Positions 29,879-41,016 of a stretch of DNA of 64,000 nt are shown here, one piece after another (position 1 is the stretch's first letter; the number at the start of each line of letters is the position of its first letter). Origin of the DNA: Andalucia godoyi And28. Its lineage: Eukaryota; Protista; Jakobida. The stretch is from NCBI GenBank assembly GCA_009859145.1, contig VRVR01000002.1, positions 318,724 to 382,723 on the forward strand. Reading direction: 5' to 3'. The notes under the pieces were generated by a model that was given only the letters and a program-made list of their open reading frames with translations, did no database searches and was not told where the DNA came from. Made by a program: the position numbers and the translations under genes.

Positions 29879-31435
29879 ATGGCGGCATCTCACCAGTCGT
29901 TTGCACAAGTGACTGTTGCAGAGCTCGAGCCTTTTGCCAACGCAGTGACATATTCTGCGACAGACATCGATGACGCTGTTTCGGTACCCATCGGAGATGA
30001 ACAGCACACGCCATCACGAGCGGATTCTCCGTTTCCCTGCCACAGTTCTCTGAATTGCAAAATTTACTTGTCTGTGCGGCCCATCTGGCAGCTGGCCACA
30101 GACTGCATTGTGAATCCAACGAACGAAACGCTAAGTGATCAAACACCACCGGCAAACAGCATTATCGAGAATGCTGGGGAAAACTTGAAAAAACAAATAT
30201 TGAATCTCCAACTTGCCAATGCGGTATCTACGGATGCGAACGGCGAATCGGAAAACTGGATTATTCGGACTGGCGATTGTTTCTGCACGGATGCGTACAA
30301 TCTCTGCTGCAAGAAGATCATTCATACGGTTGGCCCGCGCTATTCTGTTCGGTACAAGACAGCAGCGGAGAATGCACTCCATTCATGCGTCAGAGGAGCA
30401 TTGCAGAACTGTGCAGAATGCAACTTTCGGTCAATTGCGATTCCTTCAATTTCTTCTCCTGCGCGCCGCAACTATCCCACACACGATAGTGCACATATTA
30501 CAATACGAACAGTGCGACGATTTTTGGAGCATTTTCCGGACTTGATTGATGCTGTTGTCTTCGTTCTTGATGATGAGGCAGAATTGAAGATTTGGAGCAG
30601 CGTTTGCGCGCTGTATTTTCCGCGAAACAAGGATGAAGAATTGCGGTCCCGATCGATGCTTCCCGACGATGTAGGTAATGAATGGGGGGAACCGATTCTC
30701 TTGGATCGAAAGATCCGCATCTCCAGTTCTGTCGGAGTCTCTCCTGGTGCTGCTGTCTCAGAATCCAGATTTCCCATGCCGACACTGAGATCTCGACAGG
30801 TTGCTGGAGCCCCAGCAGCCCCAGTTGCACAGTTAGTGGACACAAAAGCACTTCGTGGGTTTTCTACTGTTCGAGGAGATGTGGACGTTCAGAAGCCAAG
30901 TGTTCCGACGGAGTCGTCGTTGTACTCGACCGTGTTGAATCGTTCGAGGAAACATGCTCCGTACAGAGATCTTGAGGACATGAGGTTCTTGGTTCCTTCG
31001 GGTGTCGACAAGGAAGGGAGACCAGTTGTGGTGTTTACCGCTGCTTTGTTCCGACCAGAAGAAATTGATCTTGAACGAGTGCGATTATATTTTGTTCATA
31101 CACTTGACTCTATTGTGGAAAAGGATTATGTCATGGTCGTCCTGCAAGCAGGGGTCACGGCAGCGAACAAAGTCCCCTTCTCGTTTTTGCGCAACACGTA
31201 CAAGGTGCTTTCCAGGAAATACAAGAAGAATTTGAAAGCTTTGTACATTGTGCAGCCGACTGGATGGACAAGATTTGTGTTATCGTTCGCAAAGCCATTT
31301 GTTTCCTCGAAAGTCTGGAAGAAAGTTTTCAAATTGGCGGACGTTGAAGACCTTTGGAGATCGGGCTTCATGGAACGAGAGCAAGTCACAATTCCAAAAT
31401 TTCTTATGGTTCAGAGTGATGTGTATCAACATTGA
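29879..31435 (+). CDS. GDAP2: GDAP2-like macro domain plus CRAL-TRIO/BCH protein
   Basis: DCIVNPTNE, IIHTVGPRY, SIAIPSIS and GNEWGEP, then DKEGRPVVV and KYKKNLKALYIVQPT. Confidence 0.92.
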   Translation: MAASHQSFAQVTVAELEPFANAVTYSATDIDDAVSVPIGDEQHTPSRADSPFPCHSSLNCKIYLSVRPIWQLATDCIVNPTNETLSDQTPPANSIIENAGENLKKQILNLQLANAVSTDANGESENWIIRTGDCFCTDAYNLCCKKIIHTVGPRYSVRYKTAAENALHSCVRGALQNCAECNFRSIAIPSISSPARRNYPTHDSAHITIRTVRRFLEHFPDLIDAVVFVLDDEAELKIWSSVCALYFPRNKDEELRSRSMLPDDVGNEWGEPILLDRKIRISSSVGVSPGAAVSESRFPMPTLRSRQVAGAPAAPVAQLVDTKALRGFSTVRGDVDVQKPSVPTESSLYSTVLNRSRKHAPYRDLEDMRFLVPSGVDKEGRPVVVFTAALFRPEEIDLERVRLYFVHTLDSIVEKDYVMVVLQAGVTAANKVPFSFLRNTYKVLSRKYKKNLKALYIVQPTGWTRFVLSFAKPFVSSKVWKKVFKLADVEDLWRSGFMEREQVTIPKFLMVQSDVYQH

Positions 31436-31448
31436 ACATCAAACAATA

Positions 31449-31797
31449 TGATTTTCTTTCCGTGGTCAAGCCTAGAATTTCTTCATTCTTCCCCCTTTCC
31501 CCTTTCTATTACCTGCTGTTTGCTTTTCTTCTATCGAACCCTCAAGCAGCACCTTTCATCAAAGACAAAACATCTCATGGCTCCAGAGAGGGAGGGATCT
31601 TCCCGACAAACTCAACCCGAAGACACCGAGAACCAAGAAACCAGCTGATTCCCCTCTCGTCGGAGGTCGAGAGCAAGAAGAAGCGATGGTCCTTTGATGC
31701 AGAGCAGTCTGCATTGAAGAGTTGGTGCTCGCCCCAAATTTAAAAACAAAAAAAATATGTGGCTTGGATCTGTCTTCGGTGACAGCGTAGCCGATGA
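31449..31797 (+). repeat. Dispersed repeat, family B, copy 2
   Basis: Core 31472-31677 matches 14484-14690, and downstream blocks match 14941-15003. Confidence 0.93.
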
Positions 31798-31942
31798 TCT
31801 TCAATGATTCATGTTGTGGTGAGCGGCTCAGAGTGAAAAGCAGTCAAAATCAATAAGTATTATTTTTAAATTATAAATTTGCATTCGGAATGTAAGCCAT
31901 GAAAAAAGCAACAACGTACTTCTGAACTTTGTCGCCTTTGAT

Positions 31943-33193
31943 TCACTCCTTTGTATCCGAGGCCATCGCGGACAGTTGCAGGGTATCCTGAAGTTGAGCG
32001 GTGAATGCTGCGATTTCCTCGATATCAATACCTTCCAAGGACATTCGCTCCTCTCGATTCCGGCTCTTCGCCGTTGGCGAAGGGTCCAATATAACCGACG
32101 AGGTCATGACGACACTCGGTCGATCCTTTCGCGGAGAAATTGAGAAATCTTCAAATCCCGCATGCTTTTGTTTCACGGCTCCATCCGCCTTCCGCGAGGT
32201 TGGCACGGATGCAATTCTTGCAGAACCATCGTCCCTGCTTCTACCGGGTGCATTGGAATACCCAAGAATGTCCAGCAGCCGTCGTTCAAGCTTGATGATA
32301 TACGATTTCCGATCATCACACTTCTGCACGAGCTGCTTTCGTTCTTCCAACAGCCACTCAATTCGCCGCGACGCGCCGAATAGCTGTCTTTGCTGAATTT
32401 GAACAATCTTTTCTCGCTGACTATGCCTTTCAGCTTCGGTTTTTGCTCGCGATGCAGCCTCCGAGCGGAGCTTCACAACTTCTTCGCGAAGCTGAGCGTT
32501 CTCATCTTCCAGACGTCCAACAGAATTTTGAAGGGCTTGATTGTCGGATGATACGAATTGTCGGGTCGGAGGAAGGTATTCTGCGGGCGCCTCAGACGCA
32601 TTCACGGTCTGAACATGGATCATCGAATTTAACCGATCTAGGCGATGCAAGTGGGATTCGATATCAGAAAACGGTCTCGACACTATGGCAAGCCGCCTGC
32701 TTAGATCTTCAAGATCCGATACATCAATGCGGGTTGATTGTTGGCTGTCATTCAGCAGTGACGTGTTGGGTGAGATTTGCGGACGAGTCGACATTTGCGG
32801 CGGATTCGTCTTGCCCAAGAGTGATTTTTCAACGGCGTTGCTTAGTTTGCTGTTGACAGGTGCTTGTGCAGATACAGGCTTAACAGATACTGAGCGACTT
32901 GCAGATGCAGACCTTTGCTTTGAAGGAAAAATGCTAGCAGTACCACCAGGAAGCTTCCTTGGCCCCGTCGACGGCTGCGGCTGCGCACCAGACGAGTTGT
33001 CGACAACCGCGGTGCTCTTCTTCTTGGAAGACTGCATTGTCCGCAGTTTTTGCAGTTGGATCTCTTTCTCTGCAATCTGGGCATCAATACACTCTTCTTG
33101 AACGAATATAGAGTTGTCTTTGCTTTTCGTAGGACTAAGCTCCAGCAAAAACAAACGCTCAGCCGGGGTCAGTTTGGTCAAGAACGACGACAT
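31943..33193 (-). CDS. Hypothetical coiled-coil protein
   Basis: Long ORF from MSSFLTKL with heptad-like segments. No family recognised. Confidence 0.7.
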   Translation of the reverse strand: MSSFLTKLTPAERLFLLELSPTKSKDNSIFVQEECIDAQIAEKEIQLQKLRTMQSSKKKSTAVVDNSSGAQPQPSTGPRKLPGGTASIFPSKQRSASASRSVSVKPVSAQAPVNSKLSNAVEKSLLGKTNPPQMSTRPQISPNTSLLNDSQQSTRIDVSDLEDLSRRLAIVSRPFSDIESHLHRLDRLNSMIHVQTVNASEAPAEYLPPTRQFVSSDNQALQNSVGRLEDENAQLREEVVKLRSEAASRAKTEAERHSQREKIVQIQQRQLFGASRRIEWLLEERKQLVQKCDDRKSYIIKLERRLLDILGYSNAPGRSRDDGSARIASVPTSRKADGAVKQKHAGFEDFSISPRKDRPSVVMTSSVILDPSPTAKSRNREERMSLEGIDIEEIAAFTAQLQDTLQLSAMASDTKE

Positions 33194-33639
33194 CCCGGAA
33201 AAAGAAATCAAAACAAACACCACCACAACAACAAATAAAAACCAATGTTGCGAGTGAAGTTGCTGAAAGAGTATATTTTCTTGTGGAAAAGACCGCAGAC
33301 CGCTAACCAGTAGGCAGACGGGAAAGTTCGATGGACAAGAAGAATCTGAAAAGATTTTTCCACGAAGCAAAAAGGCTGGAAAATAGAACACGAAAGACGA
33401 AACGCAACAGAAACGAACATGCCCCGAAAAATAGCCCGACTGTAAAAAAACATTTTCATCAGTGTGACCGTTAATCGTGCGTCGTCTCTTTGAGTTCACC
33501 GAAAACTCTCCGCTCCCAATTCTTTTCCGGGAAAAGAAAAGCTTCACATTTTGAATGGCTCTTCTCTCTTCTCTCTTCTTCTTCTTCTTCTTCTTCTTCT
33601 TGATTCAACTGTTTTTTGTGCAACCAGAAAGAGAAAGAA

Positions 33640-35631
33640 ATGTCTACTATTCGTCGGACTACTCTCGGACCAATCTCTGGATCCCAAGCAAACATCCGTG
33701 CTTCCCTTGGTCCTGCTCGAGCAGCTGGGCCGAAGCCGTCTTTGGGACCGCGTCAGTCGATCCTTCCCTCTGCAGGCGGTCTTTCTGTGCCCCGCCGGTC
33801 TTCTGTTTTCGTTCAGGCAAATGGATCAACTAAAATCAAGGAGCCTCGTAACATTTCGGACAAGGGTTTCATGAACCAGAGCGTGAAGAACCTAGCGCAG
33901 TTTTTACTTGAACGCGGCTTTGATGCGACACTGACAGCGAAGCAGCTGCTCTCTCCGTCGACAAAGGACTTCTTGGCAGTTCTTACATTCATGACTCGTC
34001 AGATTGATCCGTCTTTTGCGTTTTCCGAGAACTGGGAAGACGAAATCATGTCCTTGTTCAAGCGGTTCCGATATCCCTTCACGTTTTCCAAGAGAAATCT
34101 CATGAGTGTCGGTTCTCCACACACCTGGCCGCACCTACTTGCCGGCCTTACCTGGATGATGGACTTGCTTTTGTCTCTAGAAGCACAGAATGCTGCGGAA
34201 AAACACAATGCACTGGAAAGTAACCAGAACTTGTTCGACAGCGAGGAAGACGGTGAGCGGATCTTCTTTGAATACCTTGCAAAATCGTATGCTGAGTTCT
34301 TATCTGGAGTGGGAGAAGTGGAAGTCCTTGAGCGAGATTTGGTCAGAATCTTTGATATTCGGAACAGCAGCATTGAGCACGAAGTTGCATCACTTACCCG
34401 TGAGAACGAGCAGCTGGACACTGCGCTGCACAAATTCAAAAACGAGGTGGCCCCAATCACAACTCTGGATGCTCGCAAGAAGGATCTCATTGCGGATCTT
34501 GCAAAGTTCACGGGACTAAACGACGGTCTCGTGCAGCACAAGAGCCAGTATGAACGGAAGGTCGCAGACCGTGAAGCGCAGTCCGCTGCACTTGATCGGG
34601 AACTTCAGCAGTTCACGCAGAAAAAGAAGGACATCCAAAGCCGGTTGGAGGAGCAAGATGCACAACAAATCGACGCTGCGCAAATAGGAAGAGAGAAGCG
34701 AACGGCTGTTGACCACCACCGTGCAGCAGTCTCGCAACGGGAAAACTTGCAGGGTGCTGTTTGGGAACGAGAGCAGAAGCTGCAGTCTTGCATTCAGTCT
34801 TTGGAAGGCAAGATTTCTTCTTACGACTCGATTAAGACTCGTTTGAGAAAATACTTCAATTCCACAAGTCGTGTTTCGCTGGGAGATGACCTCACCGGCA
34901 ATTCTCTCACCATGGACCGCGATGATTCGCTGGAAGATGACGCAGATGAAGTGGGCAACCGATCGCTGTCCTCCTTTATGGGTCTCGGCCTTCCGTCCCA
35001 TTCAGATGTCACAATTGATGTTGGTCAACTGCACTCGTGGGTGCAGAAGGAGCGAGACCGCGAGTCTCTGGCTCCGCAACCTTTGGCATCGAATCGTCTA
35101 TCAGAATTTGGAGTCTCTCGCGAAGAAGGCGTCCAGATGACGACCGCATCTCAAGTTTTGGGAATCGATTTTCGCAATGTTGTGAAGCCTGCACTACGGA
35201 AACTGAGAGAGACGTTGCAGAACAAGGTGCGAGAAGCCCAGGCTGCCCTGCGAGAGGCAGAGGACGAATTGTCTCGAATGTCCGAGAAGAAGACTGACAA
35301 GGCCGAGGACGTGGCTGCCCTCGAAGCGAAGATGGCGCGTCTGGAGTCTCAGTACAAGGTGGAGAAGGAAGTGCTCCAAAATAATCTGCGTTCGACAGAA
35401 GAAGAGCTCACGTCGTTGGAAGCCGAAATGCAAGCTCTACGCAGAGATACAATGGGCGGTCTTACTTCTTCAGAGACAGCCCGAGGAGTGAAAGAAGAAG
35501 AGCTTAAACGAGTTCTTTCTCAGACCTCACAAGAAAAAGATGCTCTGAATCGATCTATTTTGGCTATTCTGGACGACTTGACAACTCATAAGCAGTTTGT
35601 CCAGGAGAAACTGAGCGAATATCGACTTTAA
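33640..35631 (+). CDS. NDC80: Kinetochore protein NDC80/HEC1
   Basis: KEPRNISDKGF, FKRFRYPF and VGSPHTWPHLLAGLTWM, followed by a long coiled coil. Confidence 0.96.
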   Translation: MSTIRRTTLGPISGSQANIRASLGPARAAGPKPSLGPRQSILPSAGGLSVPRRSSVFVQANGSTKIKEPRNISDKGFMNQSVKNLAQFLLERGFDATLTAKQLLSPSTKDFLAVLTFMTRQIDPSFAFSENWEDEIMSLFKRFRYPFTFSKRNLMSVGSPHTWPHLLAGLTWMMDLLLSLEAQNAAEKHNALESNQNLFDSEEDGERIFFEYLAKSYAEFLSGVGEVEVLERDLVRIFDIRNSSIEHEVASLTRENEQLDTALHKFKNEVAPITTLDARKKDLIADLAKFTGLNDGLVQHKSQYERKVADREAQSAALDRELQQFTQKKKDIQSRLEEQDAQQIDAAQIGREKRTAVDHHRAAVSQRENLQGAVWEREQKLQSCIQSLEGKISSYDSIKTRLRKYFNSTSRVSLGDDLTGNSLTMDRDDSLEDDADEVGNRSLSSFMGLGLPSHSDVTIDVGQLHSWVQKERDRESLAPQPLASNRLSEFGVSREEGVQMTTASQVLGIDFRNVVKPALRKLRETLQNKVREAQAALREAEDELSRMSEKKTDKAEDVAALEAKMARLESQYKVEKEVLQNNLRSTEEELTSLEAEMQALRRDTMGGLTSSETARGVKEEELKRVLSQTSQEKDALNRSILAILDDLTTHKQFVQEKLSEYRL

Positions 35632-35662
35632 CTATGTACGATGTAACATTTCATTTTTATGT

Positions 35663-35698
<36 letters not shown>

Positions 35699-35850
35699 CT
35701 TTTTTTTTGTATTAAAATATTGAATAACCTAGACGTCCAGAATCGCATGAAACTGCTTGCCAGAACCTGCATGCATGCTTTCGATGCCCTTCTTTGACAA
35801 TCGAGAAGATATCTGCGATGGATGAAGAAAGTAAGAACCGCATGACAAAT

Positions 35851-37041
35851 TTAGAGCAATTCAACAACACACGCAGATGCCCCGCCTCCACCGTTGCACA
35901 CCGAAGCGCACCCAAACTTGCCTGAATGGTGTTTCAGCGCTGTCAGCAGAGTGCAAACAATTCTGGCGCCGGAACACCCGAGTGGATGCCCAAGCGCGAC
36001 TGCCCCTCCGTACACATTCAGCCGGTCCATTGGAATGCCAAGAATGCGAGAGTTCACAATCGGAACGGACGAGTATGCCTCATTAAATTCCCACAACGAA
36101 ATCTCATTCTTGTCGACACCTGCCTTCTTGAGTGCAACAGGAATTGCCAAAGACGGAGCGGTGGTAAACCACGCAGGATCATGCGCAGCCGACGAAAAGG
36201 AAACGCATCTTGCAACGGGAGTGATGCCAAATTTCATGCACATTTCACCCGACATCACAACAAGAGCTGCCGCGCCGTCCGCCAATGTGGAGGCATTTCC
36301 GGCAGTGACCGTTCCATTTGTCTGGAAGGCGGGCTTTAGCGCCTTCATTTTAGCAGAATCGAGGCGCAGTGGTTCGGCATCGCGATCCAAGACTCCTCCA
36401 GGAAGTGGAACCACCTCGTATGACGAAAACACTTCGCAAGCCTTCAGCGCGCGTTCATAAGACTGGATGGCAAATGTGTCCTGTTCTTCTCGTGAAATCG
36501 CGTACTTTTCAGCAAGCAGCTCTGCGTACTTTCCCATGTGAGTGCCATCCTCCCATGTGAGGCCGTCGTGCAGAATGGAATCGGTCACTTCAATGGTGCC
36601 ATACTTTTGACCGCTTCGTGCGTTTGGCATGTAATGAGGTGCTCTCGACATGCTTTCCATTCCGCCCGTCACCACTACGTTCGCAGATCCAGAGCGGACA
36701 AGCAGGGCAGCCAACTCGAGCGCCTTCATTCCAGACGCACACACCTTGTTGATTGCTGTGCAAGGAACGGAGTCCGGCAAGCCAGCTCGTAAAGCAGCCC
36801 GTCGCACAGGAGCCATTCCGCACCCCCCTTGAAGCACCATTCCCATCAACACTTCGTCGACGACGGACGCACAAGAAAACCCAGGAACAGTCGCCGCCGC
36901 CGTTGCACGAGTCACAGCAGCCTTGATTGCATGTGCACCCAGTCCTACGACGTCAAAGTTCTTTGACTGTGCACCGAGAAAGAGACCAATAGGCGTCCGG
37001 GCATAAGAGACTATATACGCGTCGCGCGGATTCAGCGTCAT
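35851..37041 (-). CDS. Acetyl-CoA acetyltransferase (thiolase)
   Basis: RTPIG, NKVCASGMKA, GMESMS, TAGNAS, NEAY, GHPLGCSG and CNGGGG. Confidence 0.97.
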   Translation of the reverse strand: MTLNPRDAYIVSYARTPIGLFLGAQSKNFDVVGLGAHAIKAAVTRATAAATVPGFSCASVVDEVLMGMVLQGGCGMAPVRRAALRAGLPDSVPCTAINKVCASGMKALELAALLVRSGSANVVVTGGMESMSRAPHYMPNARSGQKYGTIEVTDSILHDGLTWEDGTHMGKYAELLAEKYAISREEQDTFAIQSYERALKACEVFSSYEVVPLPGGVLDRDAEPLRLDSAKMKALKPAFQTNGTVTAGNASTLADGAAALVVMSGEMCMKFGITPVARCVSFSSAAHDPAWFTTAPSLAIPVALKKAGVDKNEISLWEFNEAYSSVPIVNSRILGIPMDRLNVYGGAVALGHPLGCSGARIVCTLLTALKHHSGKFGCASVCNGGGGASACVVELL

Positions 37042-37438
37042 AATGGATGATGTGATCTGTGGGTAGAAGACAAAAGGAGAAATAAAGGGAAGTTAGATGT
37101 TAAAGGATATTATTAGGTGTTAAACAAAATTAGCGATGAAAGCAAATTCGGTGAAAAATCGCTCAACCATGGAAAACAAGCGATTCTGTCAGTTCCATTC
37201 CCCGATTCAGATTTCACAGAGTTCATAGTGGAAGTGCAAATTGGAACAGGCAAACATGTTTCAAAGGCAGAGCGAGTTGATGCTTGATGCAACAGTGACG
37301 ATTCCACCCCTGCAGCCCGCCGATTCTTTCTGTTGTTTATGATTGTGTGTTGCTTCTTAATAAATAAATAGTAATTTTAAAAAAACATACTTCCCCCCTC
37401 CCCAAAGGATACAAATTTAACGGTGTGATTGGTGAAGA

Positions 37439-39700
37439 ATGGTGCGCACTGGGTCTATTGCTTCAATTCTTGCGTCTGCAAGACAAGAAGTTGGTCAGCC
37501 TTCCGCACTGAGGAAAGCCGATCGATTGGTGCCGCTGCGTGGGGCGGATGCAGACGACCAAGCGCAAGTGTCTCTTTCCAATCCATTGCGGCCCGAGACT
37601 CCACGGCTTCCTCTCGCTGGACACGTGAAAGGAGCTGGCTCTGCATCACAGAGTCGGCCACAAACTGCTGTGGTCCGGCCGTCAACCGCTTTCATCGGAA
37701 ATTTGTCCGAACGAGAAAGCTACATATTGTCCATTATCAAGAACCCTCAATTGGATTTCAGTGTGAAGTGCGACAGAGTCAGCGCGCAAATCGACGGTCC
37801 TGTGCCGGAGTCCGTCGAAATTGCACTAGTTCAAGAGTTTGCGGTCAAATTGTCAACAATTGAAAGCAATGCTTCGTTAGTGTCTCGGGTAGCTAGACTG
37901 TTGTTGCGAGTCGAAATCCGCGATGAAGCGTGTCGAAACCGTGTTTCCAAGGCCGTTTTCAACATGTCCAAGGACTCTGACAGCGATTCCTACTTTGAAA
38001 AGTACGGTCTTTTGGACCTTCTCATGAACATGAAACCGTATCCAGATGCATTTGCATTGGGTGCGATCAAGAACTGCACTGTGTCATGTCTACGAAACAG
38101 GGAGCTTTTAATGTCGAGAGGACATCTTGCTCTTGTATTTTCCATTATTAGCATGTACGTTTGCAGCATGGCGTCCAAGGAATTGAAACAGCAAGATGTG
38201 GTTCTTATAACCGCCGAACAGGTTTTGCAGGCCATTGGCATCCTGAGAAACATGTGTGACATGCGGTCCAGCGAGAACGAAGCGGATAGTGGCGGATCCG
38301 CAGAAGTCTTTCGACAGTTCTCAACTTTTGGTGGAATGGAAAGTCTGTGCGGGATCCTCGATTTGTGTGTCAAGGACCACGCACTGTGTGCCGATTCTTT
38401 ACGTGTGATGAGCAAGTGCCTGGGAGATCCGGATTGTCGCAGCAGTCTTGATACTTCGTCGTCAGTCCGGTCCATTTTGTCTGCGATGGAGACTCACAAG
38501 ACGGACATTTCCCTTGTGCTACGAGGACTGTACATTCTTGGAAGGCTGACGGGATTTTCTGCGGAGTCTCGGAAAGAAGTAATCGCATATCGAGGAGGTA
38601 TGGGGGTGTATTTCTGCACTCATGCTCTTCTGCTGCCGATTTGGAATTCCTTGGTTTCCGAATTTCAGTTGTTTGACTTGAAAAGAAAGCGCAGCGAGAA
38701 GGATTACGTGGACCTGGAGAGGAAGTCTGGAGAAATTGAAGAGACACTCTCGAAGGCCTGCCGCCTCTTGGCAAACATCTCCGTTGAGCCGAACATATCA
38801 GTGAATGTATTGGCGGATCAAGCAGTTCTGTCTTGCATCTTTATTATTTTTGAAAGATCATGCCATTCTTTGCTCCACCCTACCGTTCGAGAGAGGGACG
38901 TTGTGGAGGAAAAGCTGTTCGATAAGGTACCACAGCTGACAGGCCAGGAAACTGCTAGAAAACGAAAGAGAAAGGAAGAACTTGTCTTGCACACGATGTA
39001 CCTGATTCATAATCTGTCCTTCTATTTGTCTTCGTCTCCCGAGCCACGCGTGTTTGAGATGTGGCTTTCTGCGATTAACAAGAATCACAACAATTTTTCG
39101 AAGCTGGTTATGCACTTGAATTCAGATATTGTTGAATTGACCGTTTCTTGTTTGGGGAACGTTGCGCGGGCCTCCGAATCATTGCGGATGGCACTCCACA
39201 AATGGAAGCTGGACGAATTAGCGGTCATCATGCTGGATCATTCTTCAGTGCCCGTCGTTGCTGGTGCTTGCTTGGTTCTTAGCAACATGGTTAGTGACTG
39301 GAAGGCTGTGGGACCGGAAATCGAAGCTCAGATACAGTTGTGGGAGAAAGAAACAGTGACCGACCGCTTGGTTGATTGTGTTGAATCCTTTACTGAGCAT
39401 CTGCTTGCTGATCCATCCGACTCACCGGAAGAAGTGTTCTCCGTTCTTCACAGAGCGTTGTGGGTTATCTGGAATGTCCAAATGACTGCAAAGTCATCAA
39501 TAATGCTGCACCAGCGACTTAAGGATTTGTGGACAGACGAGCAGGCAGTGCGGCTGTACGATTTTCTAGACCCCGTTTGCGCCATTTGTGAAGAACCTCC
39601 AAATTCAGAAATGAAGACAGATCTCTTGGATATCGCGGTGCGACTTCGTCGACAATGGGAAAAGGATAGATGGGAGGAACTCAAAGATCCTGAAGAATGA
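37439..39700 (+). CDS. ARMC2: Armadillo-repeat protein, ARMC2-like
   Basis: Low-complexity N-terminus with RPSTA, then ARM repeats (GAIKNCT, GILRNM, RLLANIS, CLGNVAR). Confidence 0.7.
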   Translation: MVRTGSIASILASARQEVGQPSALRKADRLVPLRGADADDQAQVSLSNPLRPETPRLPLAGHVKGAGSASQSRPQTAVVRPSTAFIGNLSERESYILSIIKNPQLDFSVKCDRVSAQIDGPVPESVEIALVQEFAVKLSTIESNASLVSRVARLLLRVEIRDEACRNRVSKAVFNMSKDSDSDSYFEKYGLLDLLMNMKPYPDAFALGAIKNCTVSCLRNRELLMSRGHLALVFSIISMYVCSMASKELKQQDVVLITAEQVLQAIGILRNMCDMRSSENEADSGGSAEVFRQFSTFGGMESLCGILDLCVKDHALCADSLRVMSKCLGDPDCRSSLDTSSSVRSILSAMETHKTDISLVLRGLYILGRLTGFSAESRKEVIAYRGGMGVYFCTHALLLPIWNSLVSEFQLFDLKRKRSEKDYVDLERKSGEIEETLSKACRLLANISVEPNISVNVLADQAVLSCIFIIFERSCHSLLHPTVRERDVVEEKLFDKVPQLTGQETARKRKRKEELVLHTMYLIHNLSFYLSSSPEPRVFEMWLSAINKNHNNFSKLVMHLNSDIVELTVSCLGNVARASESLRMALHKWKLDELAVIMLDHSSVPVVAGACLVLSNMVSDWKAVGPEIEAQIQLWEKETVTDRLVDCVESFTEHLLADPSDSPEEVFSVLHRALWVIWNVQMTAKSSIMLHQRLKDLWTDEQAVRLYDFLDPVCAICEEPPNSEMKTDLLDIAVRLRRQWEKDRWEELKDPEE

Positions 39701-39702
39701 TG

Positions 39703-40752
39703 CTATGAGGAGGAATCGTCTTCCAGGAGGCTCTGCACCCTAGCCACGCGTTCATCACTGATTTGGAGAGCAGTTTCTGACAGAAACTTCTGCAGGACTT
39801 CCAGTTGGCCAGCACTTAGATCATGCAGTCCATACCCAAGAACGTTGCTTGCACGTATGCCCATTTCTGACAACCGTTCCGGGACTGCAGTTTCGCACTC
39901 CAACTCTAAGGTCGTTTCAACGGGCTCGTCAGCGGGCTCGTCAGGGTTGTCGACAGTACGCACAGTGGCAGTTTGAGATTGCGCCTCCTTTGTGAGCGTC
40001 TCGTTCATAAACGCCGGGAAGGCCACTGGAACGTCGGTGGCCAACGTCCACAATGTTTCAAATATATGTTTTGGCGTCTCGCCGTTGCGATTCGCCATCG
40101 TTGGGTCATCCCATTGGATTGCGGGGACCAGCCGCCGAAGCTCTCGCGCGATTCGCCAACGTCCACTTCTCACTGCAAAATGAAATAAGTTGTCTCCCTG
40201 ATGATCACACATCCTGATAAGCATCGATAAAGTTAAGGAATCCGCATTCCAGCAGGAGCGTAGCTCGCTCCATTGAGAAATCAAACCCAAGAATACCCCC
40301 AAATGGCCCAAGCGGATGCAAACCATGAAAGGGGTCATTCCTCCGTTGTTGCGGATTGGAATGCTTCCCAACGCACCAAGCGCAACGATGCAGTCTGTGG
40401 AGCCACTGGATGCCGCGAAATGCGCGGCAGTGTCGCCATGAGCGTTTCGAGAAAGAACAAAGTCTTCTACGAAAGCCACAGTGGAAGGGACTGATGGGCG
40501 TTCAAACGTGGAAATGAAAGACTCAAACTTCTGCGCAGTCGAAATGCGGCTCGGAAACAGCAGACATACATGCTTCAAAATGACTTCAACCATCATATGC
40601 TGACCGTGCATGCACGCAAGCATCAGCACTGTATTTTGGGCCGTCGCACTTCTGAAATCCACCAGCTGCTGCACTCGCTTCGAATTCCTGGAAAGAAGCT
40701 CATCCAGTTCCCGGACTGCATTTCTTTCAAACAGAGGCAAAAGAACGTCCAT
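39703..40752 (-). CDS. Ankyrin-repeat protein
   Basis: NTVLMLAC, GDTAAHFAA, GMTPFMVC, GDNLFHFAV and GETPKH. Confidence 0.88.
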   Translation of the reverse strand: MDVLLPLFERNAVRELDELLSRNSKRVQQLVDFRSATAQNTVLMLACMHGQHMMVEVILKHVCLLFPSRISTAQKFESFISTFERPSVPSTVAFVEDFVLSRNAHGDTAAHFAASSGSTDCIVALGALGSIPIRNNGGMTPFMVCIRLGHLGVFLGLISQWSELRSCWNADSLTLSMLIRMCDHQGDNLFHFAVRSGRWRIARELRRLVPAIQWDDPTMANRNGETPKHIFETLWTLATDVPVAFPAFMNETLTKEAQSQTATVRTVDNPDEPADEPVETTLELECETAVPERLSEMGIRASNVLGYGLHDLSAGQLEVLQKFLSETALQISDERVARVQSLLEDDSSS

Positions 40753-40938
40753 GAACACTCGCACCCTCGAATACGAACGCTCTCTGCACCACGAAGCAAA
40801 CTATGTGCACGTCCTTCCATGTGCGCAGCAGCGTGCGTGCTGCATACACATGTGCTTATTATTATTATTTTTTTGGTCGTGCGCTTTGACAAGTGTTGGT
40901 ATTTTTATTCATAAGTCCATGACAGATCACCTACTGTA

Positions 40939-41012
40939 GGGCGTGTAGCTCAGCTGGTAGCAGCGCTCGCATGGCATGCGAGAGGTCAGGGGTTCGATTC
41001 CCCTCTCGTCCA
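40939..41012 (+). tRNA. tRNA-Ala(GGC): tRNA-Ala with anticodon GGC
   Basis: Cloverleaf with acceptor GGGCGTG/CTCGTCC (G3:U70, discriminator A), anticodon arm CTCGC-ATGGCAT-GCGAG and T-arm AGGGG-TTCGATT-CCCCT. No encoded CCA. A T7 terminator lies at 41017-41023. Confidence 0.93.
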
Positions 41013-41016
41013 GAAA

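Noticed and set aside
12067-31435. ADP-ribose module formed by the Nudix and macro-domain genes
   Set aside because: The genes are 17 kb apart with many unrelated genes between them, and GDAP2 is a ubiquitous eukaryotic gene.
40939-41012. tRNA as bacterial contamination or an organellar insert
   Set aside because: It is flanked by eukaryotic genes, lacks encoded CCA, has a Pol III terminator, and has a yeast-like acceptor stem. Transfer is not formally excluded but is less parsimonious.
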